Shown one piece after another: positions 14,365 through 27,239 of a stretch of DNA of 64,000 nucleotides. The DNA comes from Haliotis cracherodii (lineage: Eukaryota). The stretch is taken from the NCBI RefSeq assembly GCF_022045235.1, contig NW_027266275.1, positions 11,408,001-11,472,000 on the forward strand, read 5' to 3'. The notes under the pieces were generated by a model, which was not told where the DNA came from, did not search any database, and was given only the letters and a program-made list of their open reading frames with translations. Every line of letters starts with the position of its first letter. Position 1 is the first letter of the stretch. The position numbers and the translations under genes were made by a program.

Positions 14365-14569
14365 TCTTTATACTGGCAGTTGGTTGTCCAGATCACCGCA
14401 TTCCGTCGTGCACCGCATAGGTATATAAACTGGAGGTCGTGGGTTCGAATCCCCGATTCCCCGATCAGGACTATTTCCATGTTCGTGAGTGTTACCTCCA
14501 GCTTTTGCCCTCCTACACGAAGCTGACAATCGATGTTACAACTGTAGTTCTGTTTCATAAATAAAAAGA

Positions 14570-15300
14570 CAAAACCATTTTCATATCAATCATAAGAAAT
14601 CTGTTGTACGATGCAGACTGTCATAAGCATGTTTATGAATTACTATCAAATAGGGATGATACCAGGTATCCGCCAAAAGGTGAGTGTATTCTGCTCCACC
14701 GGTGGCATCCGTCACAAACACATACAATGGCACGTCAAATATTCAACTAAAAGAGGAAGTCAATATAGTTACATGTGTCAGACACCATTTTGGTCACTGA
14801 TGCGTTAAATTTGGAAACGTCCTCTATATCTCTACCATAAGACATTTGAAAGCTTTAACTGAGACCTTAAAGTTTATAACCTTGCCTTTTGAGCAAGAGT
14901 CATATAAAGCTCTTTGAAGTATTCGTAGAAAGAGCTTGCTCGATTGTGCCTCATGCGCTGTGAATTGTAGACACCCAAGGATGGATCTGCTGGTGTTTTG
15001 CTCGACATATAGGGTAAGTTGTCTTATGTAAAGTGGAAGTCATCGGTCTTAACAAAAAGTCTTGTGGATATGTTTTGTTATTCTGAATCTAAATATGAAA
15101 CGGATGAGTCGGTTTCACTGGTGCCCTTCACTTTCCTGCTTTGGTCGGTAAATCAGTGGAAAGTGGCTATTTGACCAATATTGAACTACTAGTATATCAG
15201 AGCATCGATATACCTGAAGCTTAAGTTAAACGTCTTGTTTTGGTTAGCCAATCTGCGCAGGAATTCCGAATCGTGTACATAAAGAAACAGGTAAGTGCCT
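14570..15300 (-). mobile_element. Decayed Penelope-like retroelement RT 3' half plus 3' UTR
   Basis: Hand translation: YLFLYVHDSEFLRRL..KTFNLSFRYIDAL (YIDD decayed) .. SETDSSVSYLD .. TRLFVKTDDFHF*DNLPYMSS..PSLGVYNSQ..HNRASSF, with stops and frameshifts. Matches the LYDKRDDF/RYARACS-type RT C-terminus of invertebrate PLEs (clade not assigned). Confidence 0.75.
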
Positions 15301-16839
15301 ACATTAGAGATGCCTCATTCTTGCCTAAATGTCTTACCCCCAAATTTCACACAGATGTGGTATATGAGGAAGCCAAGCATTTCACATATTGTTTCTCAGA
15401 TGATTTTTGCTTTCATTTTCGACAATTTGTGTTGACCTGAACCTTTGAAAACAGAGAAGTAACTGTGCCTGCAGTCACCATGTTTATCTTGCTTTTAGGC
15501 TTTGGAATCATAGAAAAGAACCAAGTTCTGTTATGTCAAGGCATTTGCTGTTTCCTCTTTGTATACCACTATCCCACAATACAAACATAATGAAAACTTT
15601 ATTCCTTTATCCAACGGGCAGTAACTAAACGAGGTGACCGCAGAGATAGTATCCTATCAGGACATTTTGTCAAAAATGATGAAACTCTCCAGCAACACAC
15701 CTGCATTGACAGCAACATATGTACAGTTACTGTAAACTCCGCAGTCAGGTCTATTCCAGCTATAACAAGACGGCCTGTATATTCTCAAGTCTGGACCAGA
15801 CATACAAGTAGTTGTAAGTAAGAGAAACTACACACACCGTCCGTGTACGATGAAACACACACGCAGCCTGATCACACTGTTTCCATTCATTCCCAATGTA
15901 GACATCACCCCGAGAAAGCATCCTCCGCATACGGACGTACCCAAAAAACTATGTTGCACTTTCAGGAATACAAATATGTAAAGTTTCAATGATTTAGCTA
16001 CTACGAGTCACCAGATGATAAGTATTCTTGTAAACCGTGCAGACTATATGGGTTCTGTGAAAGAAATTCTTAAGACAGCACACAAAACATATCGGTCATC
16101 CATGATTGTCAATGATCTATTCATTAAATCTTTACCACAGTGACTATTTTTCCTTTTACGCCCAATGGAATCTGTTTTTGAAGGTAGTCGAGGCTGATTA
16201 GCCTCTGGCGTTGACTATCATTTTCTTTTAATATCTGTAACAGCGACAGCTAGTGACTGCGATTCATATACATTGGTTTAAAAAATATGTTATTAAGCTT
16301 TTGGTGTTGTGGGTATTTTACCCATGCATTTTAAAATCATTGGGTATCAGTAATTCTATCTGGGTATTCAAATTTCTGTTACCCACTAGTTTTTACACAT
16401 GTGGATATTTAAGTTAAATATTTAAAAACACTATTCATCTAGGCCCTGCAAACTGGTTTCGTGTGGGTTCGAGAGCTTTATAGGACTAAAAAATACCACG
16501 ATACTTCCCCAAGAAAGTGTGATGGCAAATGATCATGATGTAACTGTCATCGTCGAATTTGGCAAGGTTGACGGAATGCCCGTTTATAATTTCAAAATAG
16601 GTTGCTGATTTGCTAATTGAATACGCAGGGTTACTTCACAATATTTTGATGATACGCACAAGTTTTATTTTTGTAGCGTATCTGTAATGTTCGTTGCGTA
16701 TTTGATACGCTTGGATTTTATTTTACTGCGTATTTCTGCATTTCTGATGCGTATTTTACGCTGATACGCAGCTTATCTGGAGCTCTTTGGCTCTGATCAA
16801 TGTTTCATAATAATAAATTCCCTGATAAGGCTCCTACCT

Positions 16840-17790
16840 TATAACATGAGTCAGAGAGACATGGCCAACAAGAGGACGTTGCAACTATTCAATCAACAAT
16901 GTCAGCGTCGTGTGCGCGAGGCATCGGCGGGACACTTAAGACACCAGCCTGTTGTACCAAATTTCAACCAAAGATTGGTCCAACTGAGCTAGCGTTACCG
17001 GCTTGATCTGGTCCTCTCTGGTCTGGAGAAACATTCAGCCATGGCAGTACAATAAGGTTATTCTGCCTTAAATATTAAATTACAACACGTGCAACATGTT
17101 GGCGTTACGTCCCTGCATTTGCACAAAGGGTGAACCATGACCTTGAACGATGTCGTTCCGGTAGCGTACGCTGTTGAAATTGCCATTGACAATGATGTCT
17201 TCTCACGGGACTTGTGATGCCACCCCTTTCCATTACACTTCAACCCCAAACTGACGAAGTTGGGCGTTGTTAGCGCAGGTAAAAGGTTCTCCTATACCCA
17301 TTTAGAGCCTTGCACGACCACCAGATTTGTCCAGATGGGCCCTGGATTCATCTGTGAACAGTCCCAGTCTTGTCTTCTGAACCTCCGATGCTGGCTACAT
17401 CAAACTAGGTGACGACGGTGACGTGGAAGACAAAATAGGCATATCGGTGGACGTGTGGGCTCGATGTTTTGCTCCCTTATATGGCTGCGTGCGGTTTTGC
17501 CACTATCTGGTCTCAATCCAGGAATTGTCCGAGCTGTTAATGTGGTAGTTTTGTATCGTTTTCGTAGATGCACTAAGCGAATATGGTTGTCTTGTTGCCA
17601 TGACAACTCACGTGAACGACCGGTCTGTGGCAAGTCGTAAGTGTTGCCCCGCTGTAGATAACATCTCCAAAGAGATAATATTGTGTTTCGATGAAAATGA
17701 AAATGTTTGGCAACTTCGTTTTGCCTCATTCCTGTCTGCAGCATGCCCACGGCGCGTAGATGTTGATTTTCATGACATTGCATGAGCATT
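16840..17790 (-). mobile_element. Decayed Tc1/mariner transposase
   Basis: HTH region RAVGMLQTGMRQNEVAKHF..GRSR..QQDNHIR, then LFTDESR, VWGGI-like, DNAR.HTAR-like and WPCLS-like remnants with frameshifts. Confidence 0.85.
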
Positions 17791-18067
17791 ATTCAAAGCA
17801 AAAAGGTTTTCTATGAGCATCTGAGTAGTTATTGTGTGCTGTTCGCATTACACAAACTCATGCGGGAGTATCATGCTACCAACACGCCTTCTGTAATTTG
17901 AAAATAAATATTGATTCTTATGAAAAACGACTATGATATATCTCCCGTTGTACAAAACGAGGACACCCTTTCCTTATTCATAAGATATCTCTGCCAACAA
18001 CAGAGTCAGTTACTTTTCCGACTTTATCTTGAGCATGTGCTCATGAAACACTATCAAACAGTGATGA

Positions 18068-18232
18068 GGGGCGGTTGGGTAGCCTAGTGGTTAAAGCGTT
18101 TGCTCGTCACGCCGAAGACCCGGGTTCGATTCCCGACATGGGTACATTGTGTGAAGCCCATTTCTGGTGTCCCCCGCCGTGATATTGCTGGAATATTGCT
18201 AAAAGCGGCGTAAAACCATACTCACTCACTCA
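18068..18232 (+). mobile_element. SINE family 1, tRNA-derived, about 170 bp with (ACTC)n tail
   Basis: A box TAGCCTAGTGG, B box GGTTCGATTCC; imperfect TSD tcaaa(c/t)agtgat. Confidence 0.85.
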
Positions 18233-18610
18233 AATAGTGATAATACCAGGTGTTCGCGATAAGGTAAGCGCATCCTGCCCCAGTCGCACCCGTCGCAAAC
18301 ACACGCAAGGCAAGTCAACTGTTCACCTAAAACATCACGGGAACATACGGTACAGGGAATTGCATCGAACATCATTCTTGTCACTGATGCTTCAAATTTG
18401 AAAATGTCCTTCACATGTCTACCATAAAACTGTTTGAAACTTTATTGAGGCCTTGAATGTTGTAACAGTGCCCAAACAACTTCTGAGCAAGAGTTGTATG
18501 ACGCGGCTTGAAATCGTGATAGAAAGAACATGATCGATTGTCCCTCACAAGTTGTGAAATGTAGACACCAAAGGTTGGAGTAAGTAAAGGAATGGTGCAT
18601 CAGTTGGGAT
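18233..18610 (-). mobile_element. Second relic of the same PLE-like family (continues at 17800-18065 across a SINE)
   Basis: Shares caggtgttcgcga..aggtaagcg and the GVYISQL/ACSF region with 14570-15300. Confidence 0.6.
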
Positions 18611-19789
18611 GTCTGGTTAGAATAGATCCTTAGTAACACACGCTTGTACTAAGAGGAGATTTAATACATCTGTGGTCAGACTTGGTGATTTGTTTGGTTA
18701 GGTGTCTATATAATCCGACGGCATGAGACGTCCCTCATACCATCAATCAAAGGTTTCTCGCGTTTTACAGGCCACTGTCATATAAATGGACTGTTGCTGT
18801 CTATTAAAATGCTGGCATTTAAGAATTGATTTCAATGTTGTTTGCGTACAACTCCCAAAACGCTCAAAAGAATATATTGAAGTCAATTATCATGAATAAC
18901 TACGTCAACAATTATCATAATAACTTAACAGACTGCTTATTGTATCATTAACACAAATAATTGTAGCCAGAAATACGAATTGTTCGAAATATTGCGACAC
19001 AAGCCACGTCCATCCTTTTATCAATCAATCAGGAAACAGTATACCGTTACTGGGCGTAAACATGTGGACATAAACCCAACAGAATGGCTTGGTTACTCAG
19101 TCAGTGCTATGGAATCATGTGGAATTTATTGGGCGTTAAAAAAAGAAACACCCCAAACCAAGAAAGCATGACGATAGGTCTTCAGCAACCCATGCTCGCT
19201 GACGTGGTTGATGCATGTGATCGTATCCCAATTGCGTGGATCGATGCTCATGATGTCAATCACTGGATTGTCTGGTCCAGACTTGATTATTTACAGACCG
19301 CCGTCATTTGGTTGGAATATTTCTAAGTGCGGCGTTAAACAACAAACACACAAACAAACAAAACGTCAAGTGTGATCTATATCTCTAAAACTAGTCACAC
19401 CAACAAAGTGAAGCCAGGCAAATCAAACAGAACTTTTGGTTTGATAATGCACAACGTGAGTAGTCAATTCCTATACTGCATAATACTTCTGTTTAATCTT
19501 ATTTTGACACATTGCGTAATACTCTAATACCGTGGATGTGATATGATACACTTTGGTCTATAGCCTACCCGCAGGTCTGATAGGTGTTCACTGTGCCCAT
19601 GGACAGTGCGTAATACTTAGGGTTAGGCATCCCGTGCAGGCACTAGAGCGATGGGTATGTGCTAGCTGTTTCACATGTCAGGTCCTGGGTTCAGGAATAG
19701 CAGGTATCTAGACTTGATGTATTTATATGCCGCTGGCTAGTGTGGAAAGATATTAATAGTAGAATCTGATAAATTCTCAAAGTTGTGTC

Positions 19790-19995
19790 CTCCTTCAAAT
19801 GATGACCTCATGCTTCCTCCTTCAAATAATATTCTCAGGTTTACTCCTTCGAATGATAATCTCTTGTTTCCTCTTTCCAATGATGACCCCATGCTTCCTC
19901 CTTAAAATAATGTTCTCATGTTTCCTCCTTCGAATGATAATCTCATGTTTCCTCCTTCGAATGATAATCTCATGTTTCCTCCTTCAAATGATGAT
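19790..19995. repeat. 27-bp minisatellite tttcctccttcgaatgataatctcatg, about 7-8 copies
   Basis: Direct inspection. Confidence 0.9.
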
Positions 19996-21556
19996 ATCAC
20001 ACACCTACAGTAGATATCAAATCGTGTTATTTCACATATAAGAAGTTTAAAATATCGGCGTATCTGTTAAAACATATAAGACATTATTGTTTTTAGATGA
20101 TGTTGCGTTATTCAACTTTAAATAACTTTGTCGACCATGAATGTTACTTTTTTCAAGATATTTCACAATCAACCTGTCTGGATGTTTTTTCAAGCAGGAT
20201 TACGAACAGATGCCGTTGCAAAGCGAATATTTTGCCCTGAAACCTGCAATGTCTTGTGACTATGTAGTATCCAAGAGAGATCACTGCAGTTCCATAAAAG
20301 AACCGATTTGGGTTTGTTGCAACTTCATCACATATAGCAACGTCGTTAGAAATAAACATCATTTTAGGTTTGTGTGTACGCTGCATTCTTACCTTCGAAT
20401 ATCTAACACAAGTTGATAGGTATTCGTGATTCTAAGTACCAACACCACGCAATGATATGTTTTATCACAAATCTCCCTGCTTGTATTTCATGTAAAACAT
20501 TTAAAAAAGCACCCAGTACAAAGACCTTGGACCAATGTACTTTCGTTTTTGCTGTTTTTGATACGGCCATCAATAGTACCATATTCACATTAATTAACCT
20601 TTGTTATTAAAACGCATGTTGATAATCCTTAAATGTGGACAAGAATGCTTAAGCACAATTGATTTTGATTAAACTACGCCATGGACCTCGGTCATACACA
20701 CTATAACCACCATACACGACAGTTTAAGAAATTTGGTCCGTTTATTATAATAGCAGTAAATGACGGCCGAGCTTTGTCCACGCTATAGTATGTACACATC
20801 TGACCTGCTTGAAGAGGAGTTATAAGTTAACGCTGCGTGGGCGACCCGGAGGTCTACTTGCCTCCACGTGATGCTAGTGAAACTGGTTAGAGTAATGCTT
20901 GCAGGGAGACATGCTCAGATCCATGACACTATAATATATCCGATTGCTGACACACAGCCCTCAACGGAATACATCAACCAGTTGGAGTTCTTGACAATTC
21001 AAACTGAGAGTAAACCATCCTTGATTTTTTTTGCACCTTCAAATATGACAGTAGAAGTTCTGGCTGATGACTAAGCGGATGATAAACATGTAAGCACCGA
21101 ATACAAGTCTGTAAAAATCTTAACATGACCGTTTAAAAAAGGAACTTTCAACCGCACTGTGAATCAGATATTTTCTTATATCTGCGCATATTTTATGTAA
21201 TGCATTCTCCGCATAACCACAAAGAAAAGCAATCACGATTCTTTGTAGTAGAGTTGATAATGTTCTGTTTCCATAGAAACAGTTTGTTTTACTGTGCCAT
21301 TTGCCCTTTTTACAAAAGAGACACGTACGCTTTATGTGTATTTTGTTAACACCTGAGAACAGGCGCTCGCTATTCCTGTTTTCCCATGATTTACAGCGTG
21401 TTGGAGATTGTCATCAAACGATTCGCATGGCAGGAGTATTACTGGGTGCGTCGTTGGGCAACTAACCAACACATGCCTTTTTAAGCAAATTGCGTGTGTA
21501 GCGGGTGCTACCGGTGGAACAGGACACCTTTGCGCAAACACCTGATGACATAACTA

Positions 21557-21912
21557 GTGAGGTGAGGTGAAATGGGGTTTAACGTCGCGTCCAATATCAT
21601 TGCACTTATATAGCGACGTGCATGCACGTGTGTGTGTGTTTGTGTGGCTGCTTGTACTACGTAGTCCGGACTGATGCTGATTTATAGTGCTACCTCACTG
21701 AGATACCATGCCGCAGTTTAACATGAATACCCCACTCAGACACTGTATACTGACTCCGAGCCAACCAGTCCTTGTTTTAGCCCCTTAATGCCGAGCGCTA
21801 GACAGGGTAACAACAAGTACCATCTTTGAACGTCTTTTGGTATGACGCGGCCGGAACCCCGAACCTTCCGCTCTCCGGGTGGACGCTCTACCACTAGACC
21901 ACGGAGGCGGTC
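21557..21912 (-). mobile_element. SINE family 4, tRNA head plus cgtcataccaaaagacg core; other copies 12357-12555 +, 25790-26045 +, 34433-34771 -, 46196-46551 -, 56247-56500 +, 62325-62625 -
   Basis: A box TGGTCTAGTGG, tRNA-like head, (CTCAC/CTCAT)n tail, multiple aligned copies. Confidence 0.82.
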
Positions 21913-22527
21913 GGTGACATGACTGATTTTCAGGGATCTATTTATATAGGCTTCATCAGTTGTCTATTTTGCATTTGACGCCTAATGGAATCTGTTTCGG
22001 AGAATAATCGAGGCAGATTATTACCTGACATTGACGATTTAGAAAAGTATATATTTTATGCATTTCTTCAGGGTCCTTGGCATACGTGTTTGTTTATGTT
22101 TGAACGTTTGTAATGTTGGGGTATGATTCGGGTCGTTTGACGAGCACAGATATGAATAGTAATTTCATTAGTTAATTCATGATAATTTAATATACTTATT
22201 AACACACATTGCATTGCATAACACTGTCTATTGCAAGTTTAGTATTGGCGAGTAGGAATCACGTTGTTATAAAGAATTTGTTTCATAAAGTAACCATATT
22301 CACTATATCGAGACAGCATTAAAAACATTGATTCTCTTCAGTTTACACCATCGATCTTTTGAATATGCAATGTTGTTTCTGATACGATTGGCACCTGAGC
22401 TCGGTATGAAACACGATGAAAGTTACAAACAACATATTGTAATTTCTTTAAGGCAGATCCATACGCCTTTGAGAATGCCAATCGAATGCTAGTGCGGTGG
22501 AACTAGTGTAAAACTCGTCTCCGCAAA

Positions 22528-23025
22528 GTTACAAATAATTTTACGAATAATATTACATATAATGATACAATTAATGTCACAAACAATGTTACGAATAATG
22601 ATACAATTAATGTCACAAAAAATGTTACAAATAATGTCACAAATAATGTTATAAATAATGTCACAAATAATGTTACAAATAATGTCACAAATAATGTAAC
22701 AAATATGTTTCATATAATTTTACAAATAAGTTTACGAATAATGCTACAAATAATTTTACGAATAATGTTGCAAAAAATGTCAAATAATGTTACAAATAAT
22801 TTTACGAATAATGTTACATATAATGATACAATTAATTTCACAAATATTGTTACGAATAATGTTACAAATAATGTCAAATAATGTCACTAATAATGTTACA
22901 AATAATGTCACTAATAATGTTACAAATATGTTTCATATAATCTTACAAATAAGTTAACGAATAATGTTACAAATAATTTTACGAATAATGTTACAAATAA
23001 TGTTACAAATATGTTTCAAATAATG
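22528..23025. repeat. 12-bp minisatellite acaaataatgt(t/c)
   Basis: Direct inspection. Confidence 0.92.
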
Positions 23026-23269
23026 TGCCATGTTTCATGTGGTCTGCTATGTGCAGGAAACAATGCTTCCTATCAATGAAAAGCGTCACAAGTGTAATAA
23101 TGATAATTAAATGTTCACTTTATATGCCAAATCGTCTCTAAGTCTCCGTTGCAGTTCACACAAATGTTCATACGAACCACATGTGTAACATCTTGAGTAA
23201 TTTCAGCCCGCTGAACTGATATATCTATTTACACGAGTTCATATCTCTTCATAGACTTCAGATGGGTTG

Positions 23270-23548
23270 GGGGGCACGGGTGGCCCAGTCGTATAAGGCG
23301 CCGCGACTCGCTGTGCAGAGTTGCGTCCCTTGGGCACGCCTGAAACCTATGATTGCGGGTTCGAACCCCGGTTCGCCACGATTATGTTTCTAGGTTTGTC
23401 AGCACCATATCCGTGCTCGTGGGTTTCACCGAAGTGGTAAACGTCTGAGACCTGCATCACTTGTGTCTCTCACATTAAGTTGACAGTGCCGTGATACAAC
23501 TGGAATAATGTTTAAAGCGGCTTTTAACCCAACTCACTCACTCACTCA
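23270..23548 (+). mobile_element. SINE family 2 copy
   Basis: Full-length alignment. Confidence 0.85.
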
Positions 23549-24414
23549 TATTGGTTGGTGTTTTTTCACTTGTAATTGTTCGAGGATATCATCAGCTTCT
23601 TAAATATATAACGTCCATGTCAGAAAATGATCAGTCTCGTTCAACTGAAAACCGAAAAACATGTACATTCCATTGGGCGGGTAAAACAAAACAGTGATGA
23701 AAAACATATGAAGAATCGCTAAAAATCAGTGACACCAGGTATTCGCGAAAAGGGTAAGCATGTCCTGTTGTAACGGTAGCACCCGGCAATCACACATGTT
23801 TTACGTTATGCTGGCCGAAAGCGTTTTTAACTCAGGGTTGATTGATTTCATCCTTTTCTGCTGTCATCTCACAGGACATTGATTTCATTGTTTCGGTTGG
23901 GTTGATAATCTACCCCCGAGGCGATGACAAACATCCCACTAGTGTGATCTCAACATGGGTGTGGGGTAATTACGGGTATTTGTGACATCAAGAGAAATTG
24001 ACATGGTCCTGAAAAGTTCATCAGATTCCCCTGTGGAGAAGTGTCTATGAGACTGTAAAGATGAGTTGAAACTGAGCATGTACTTTATATAAGATTTGTA
24101 TTACATTTCACCGACAGTAATTGTTCATCAAACCCATAAGTATTTACACATTGTCACAAAATCAATCACTCTGAATCATATTGCCGCATAACAAACATAA
24201 CGTTCCCTATAGTTTTGTCGGTAGACTCTCACACTGTTAATGTAGTTGATATACACTGATACCCGTACATGATGTAAATACGCTGCTGCGACGGTTTGGC
24301 AGTTATAAGGTATAAGGTATGAGGAAGGCCACCACACTGACAATTATAGGCTGGTTAAGTGTTTTAATTGAGTTAGCTGGTCTTCCTCCAGCAAATCTTT
24401 CAACTGGTTTTGTG

Positions 24415-24960
24415 GTAGACATGTGAAGGATACTTCCAAATTTGAAGCATCACTGACAAAGATGATGTCCGATGTCATTCCCTATTTTGACTTGTACCAT
24501 ATATTTCCGTGTTTTTTAGGTGAACAATTGACTTGCCTTGCATGTGTTTGTAACGGGTGTATCCCATGGAACAGGGTACGCTCACCCTTTCGCTAACACC
24601 TGGTATCATCGCTATTTGATAGTGATTCATGAACACATGCAAATGATACAGTCGGAATCGTAGTTGACTCTGTTTTTGGCAACGATTCCCTTTGAATATG
24701 GAAGGGGTTTTCTCGTTTTTATGTACAACGGAAGATATATCGACCGAGCAGCTTCTTAAGAGTATAAGTATTCATTCTGAAATTATATAATACGTGTTTG
24801 TTGGTAGCATGATACTCGCGTATGCGGTTTTATAATGTGAACGGTACACAATGACTACTCAAATGCTCATAAAAACCCTTTTGTTTAACCGACATTTCTT
24901 ATAAATATGGAAAGGGGTTTGTCGCTTTTATTGTATATATATAAAAAAAACCATTACTCG
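24415..24960 (+). mobile_element. PLE-like 3' UTR relic (copy at 54950-55420)
   Basis: gcatgtgtttgtaacggg..gctcaccctttcgc..acacctggtatcatc..gaatatggaagggg motif shared with the other relics. Confidence 0.6.
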
Positions 24961-26565
24961 TTGTGTGTCCATGACCTGATAAAGGGACATGGAGAACCTT
25001 CGACAGTTTGTGTAAAGAGAACTGTCAATCCATACATTGCGTGTCTCTGAGAACATCCAGCGTCTAAAAGCCAATGAAATACCTTTTAATTAATAATCAG
25101 GTCTAATCTAGGATTCGAACTCGCAGTCTTTGGGCAATGGAATTTCGGCGATACACCTCTTCACAGGGAATTGGTGACCAATATGCATTACGAGATTTCT
25201 GACGTACAGAACGTGGAAGAAGTACGTCATTCATATGAACCGTTATGTGTTGGTCAGCTGTACTTGGCGTGGGAACAAACGAAGCCTTGTCTTTTACCCA
25301 ATAATGTACATGGTAGCCCAATAGAGATCGTTTCTATTGACATCTCATTAATCAAGACAGATGTTGATTTGCACCACGTTCCTCAAGGGTGATCCTTTGA
25401 TTGACAGCTGTGCTTCAACACTTCCGCGTTTGTCTATTGATAAATATGTACATACGCTGTATAAATGATAGTATCCGGGTTTAAATCGCTTCATGGTTGT
25501 AACATCTATTTTCCTTCCAAATACCAGTGGCATCTGTTGAAATACGTCTCGGCATTTAAAAAGCGAGATTAATAGTTTATCACGAGTGTTAAATCTTGTA
25601 AGAATGATTTTTGTATCAACATAAATAACACAATTGTGCCGAACATACACAAACCTATAAGTGATGAAACTCTGTATGTGAATATTATACAAGCAAATAT
25701 AGGTATGATGTTTTTAGGATCCGTACTTTAAAATGATGTCACGTTGTAACTTGACATTAACATTAAAACCGTGAATATATGAAGCATCAGACAGCGTCAG
25801 TGGTCTGGTGGTAGAGCGTTCGCCCGGAGAGCGGAAGGTCGGAGTTTCGATACCCGGCCGCGTCATACAAAAAGGCGGTAGAAGATGGTATTTGTTGCTA
25901 CCCTGCTTGGCGCACGGAATTAATCGACTAAAACAAGGACTGGTCGGCTGTGTTTGAGTGGGGTAATTCATGTTAAACTGCAGTATGGTATCTTAGTGGG
26001 CTAGCGCGATAAAGTCGGCATTAGTAGGGACTTGTACTAGTAGCCACACACAAGAGTCAGTAACTTGTTCAAAGAGAGGATTGTACGAACACTTCACGAG
26101 TTCATTCTTCATTCAGTCAAAGTCCTTGTTGCAGTTGGTTCCATAGCGTTACGGAAGAAAACGTGTAAGTTCTCTGACCAAATGATTTCAATCTGGTTGC
26201 AGGGATTTTAAGCAGAGGTTTATTGTCAGAGCGGAGAGATCTGGAAGGTGTATTTGCATTGGATTTAGAACATTCATTTGTCTCCAGTTGTTCATTTATA
26301 TTTTGATTCGTGTTTGCTGTTTAGGGCCGCACTCAGCTATATTCCAGCTATATGACGGCGGTCTGGAAATAATCGAGTCTGTACAGACAATCCGGTGATT
26401 GATATCACGAGCGTCGTTCCAGGCAATCGGAATAAGATGACATGCATCAACTAAGTCAGCGAACCTGACCACCCGACCCCGTTAGTCGTCTCTTAGGACA
26501 AACATTGGTTGCTGAAGACCACTGATCATGTATTAGGTGTTCGACTAAAGTTTTACTTAGCTGCA

Positions 26566-26833
26566 GCCCCGTGAAGATTCCAGGGAAGAATAGGTCTTCA
26601 GCAACCCATGCTTGCCGTAAGAGGCGACTATGCTTGTCGTAAAAGGCGACTAACGGGATTGGGTTGTCAGGTTCGCTGACTTGGTTGATGCATGTCATTG
26701 ATCCCAAATGCGAGGATCGATGCTCATGATATCAATCACTGGATTGTCTGGTCAAGACTCGATTATTTACAGACCGCTGTCATATAGCTGGAATATTGCT
26801 GAGTGCGGCGTTAAACAACAAACCAACCAACCA
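26566..26833 (+). mobile_element. SINE-like family 3, GACCCGTGAAGATCC...(CAAA/CCAA)n; other copies 11431-11632 +, 12835-13060 +, 19174-19362 +, 26312-26522 -, 31012-31255 +, 54025-54180 -, 54636-54710 -, 56735-56950 -
   Basis: 11-bp TSD acttagctgca; 3' end gctggaatattgct..gcggcgttaaa shared with families 1 and 2. Confidence 0.82.
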
Positions 26834-27239
26834 ACTTAGCTGCAATTCTACTTTCAAACCAGGCCATATCATTCAATATGGAAAAAGAATGCTTGGGTTT
26901 CATAGGCGATATGTCGCTAGATGGAGGCTTTCCAGGACGACGCACGGATGCACTCACATACACACACCTGACAACAGTCTGCTATTCTAACAACGAACTC
27001 ACAAGTGGAGATCACATTCCTTGGAGGTTGAGTACATTTCCTGAGTAGCTAAGACCTGATGAAGATGTTCAGAAATTGTGTTATTGCGCGAAATGAAATT
27101 GCAAATTGATGCTGTTTGCAATGATCCCGCTTTAAATCGTAAGACATTCGCAGACATTATATTGTGAGTCGTTGAGAGAGTGAGTGACAGAACGAATAAG
27201 CATATTGTTTATTTGGTAATTAGGCCGTAGACCCTTGTA

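Noticed and set aside
16290-16790. Possible hAT/MITE ends (CAGGGCCTAGAT.., AGAGCTCCAGATAAG..)
   Set aside because: Only one terminus of each is visible; no TIR pair or TSD to support a call.
18068-18145. tRNA genes at the A/B-box sites
   Set aside because: They continue into SINE bodies with microsatellite tails and TSDs.
27055-27080. CTGATGA..GAAA hammerhead-like core
   Set aside because: No stem II can form between the two motifs.
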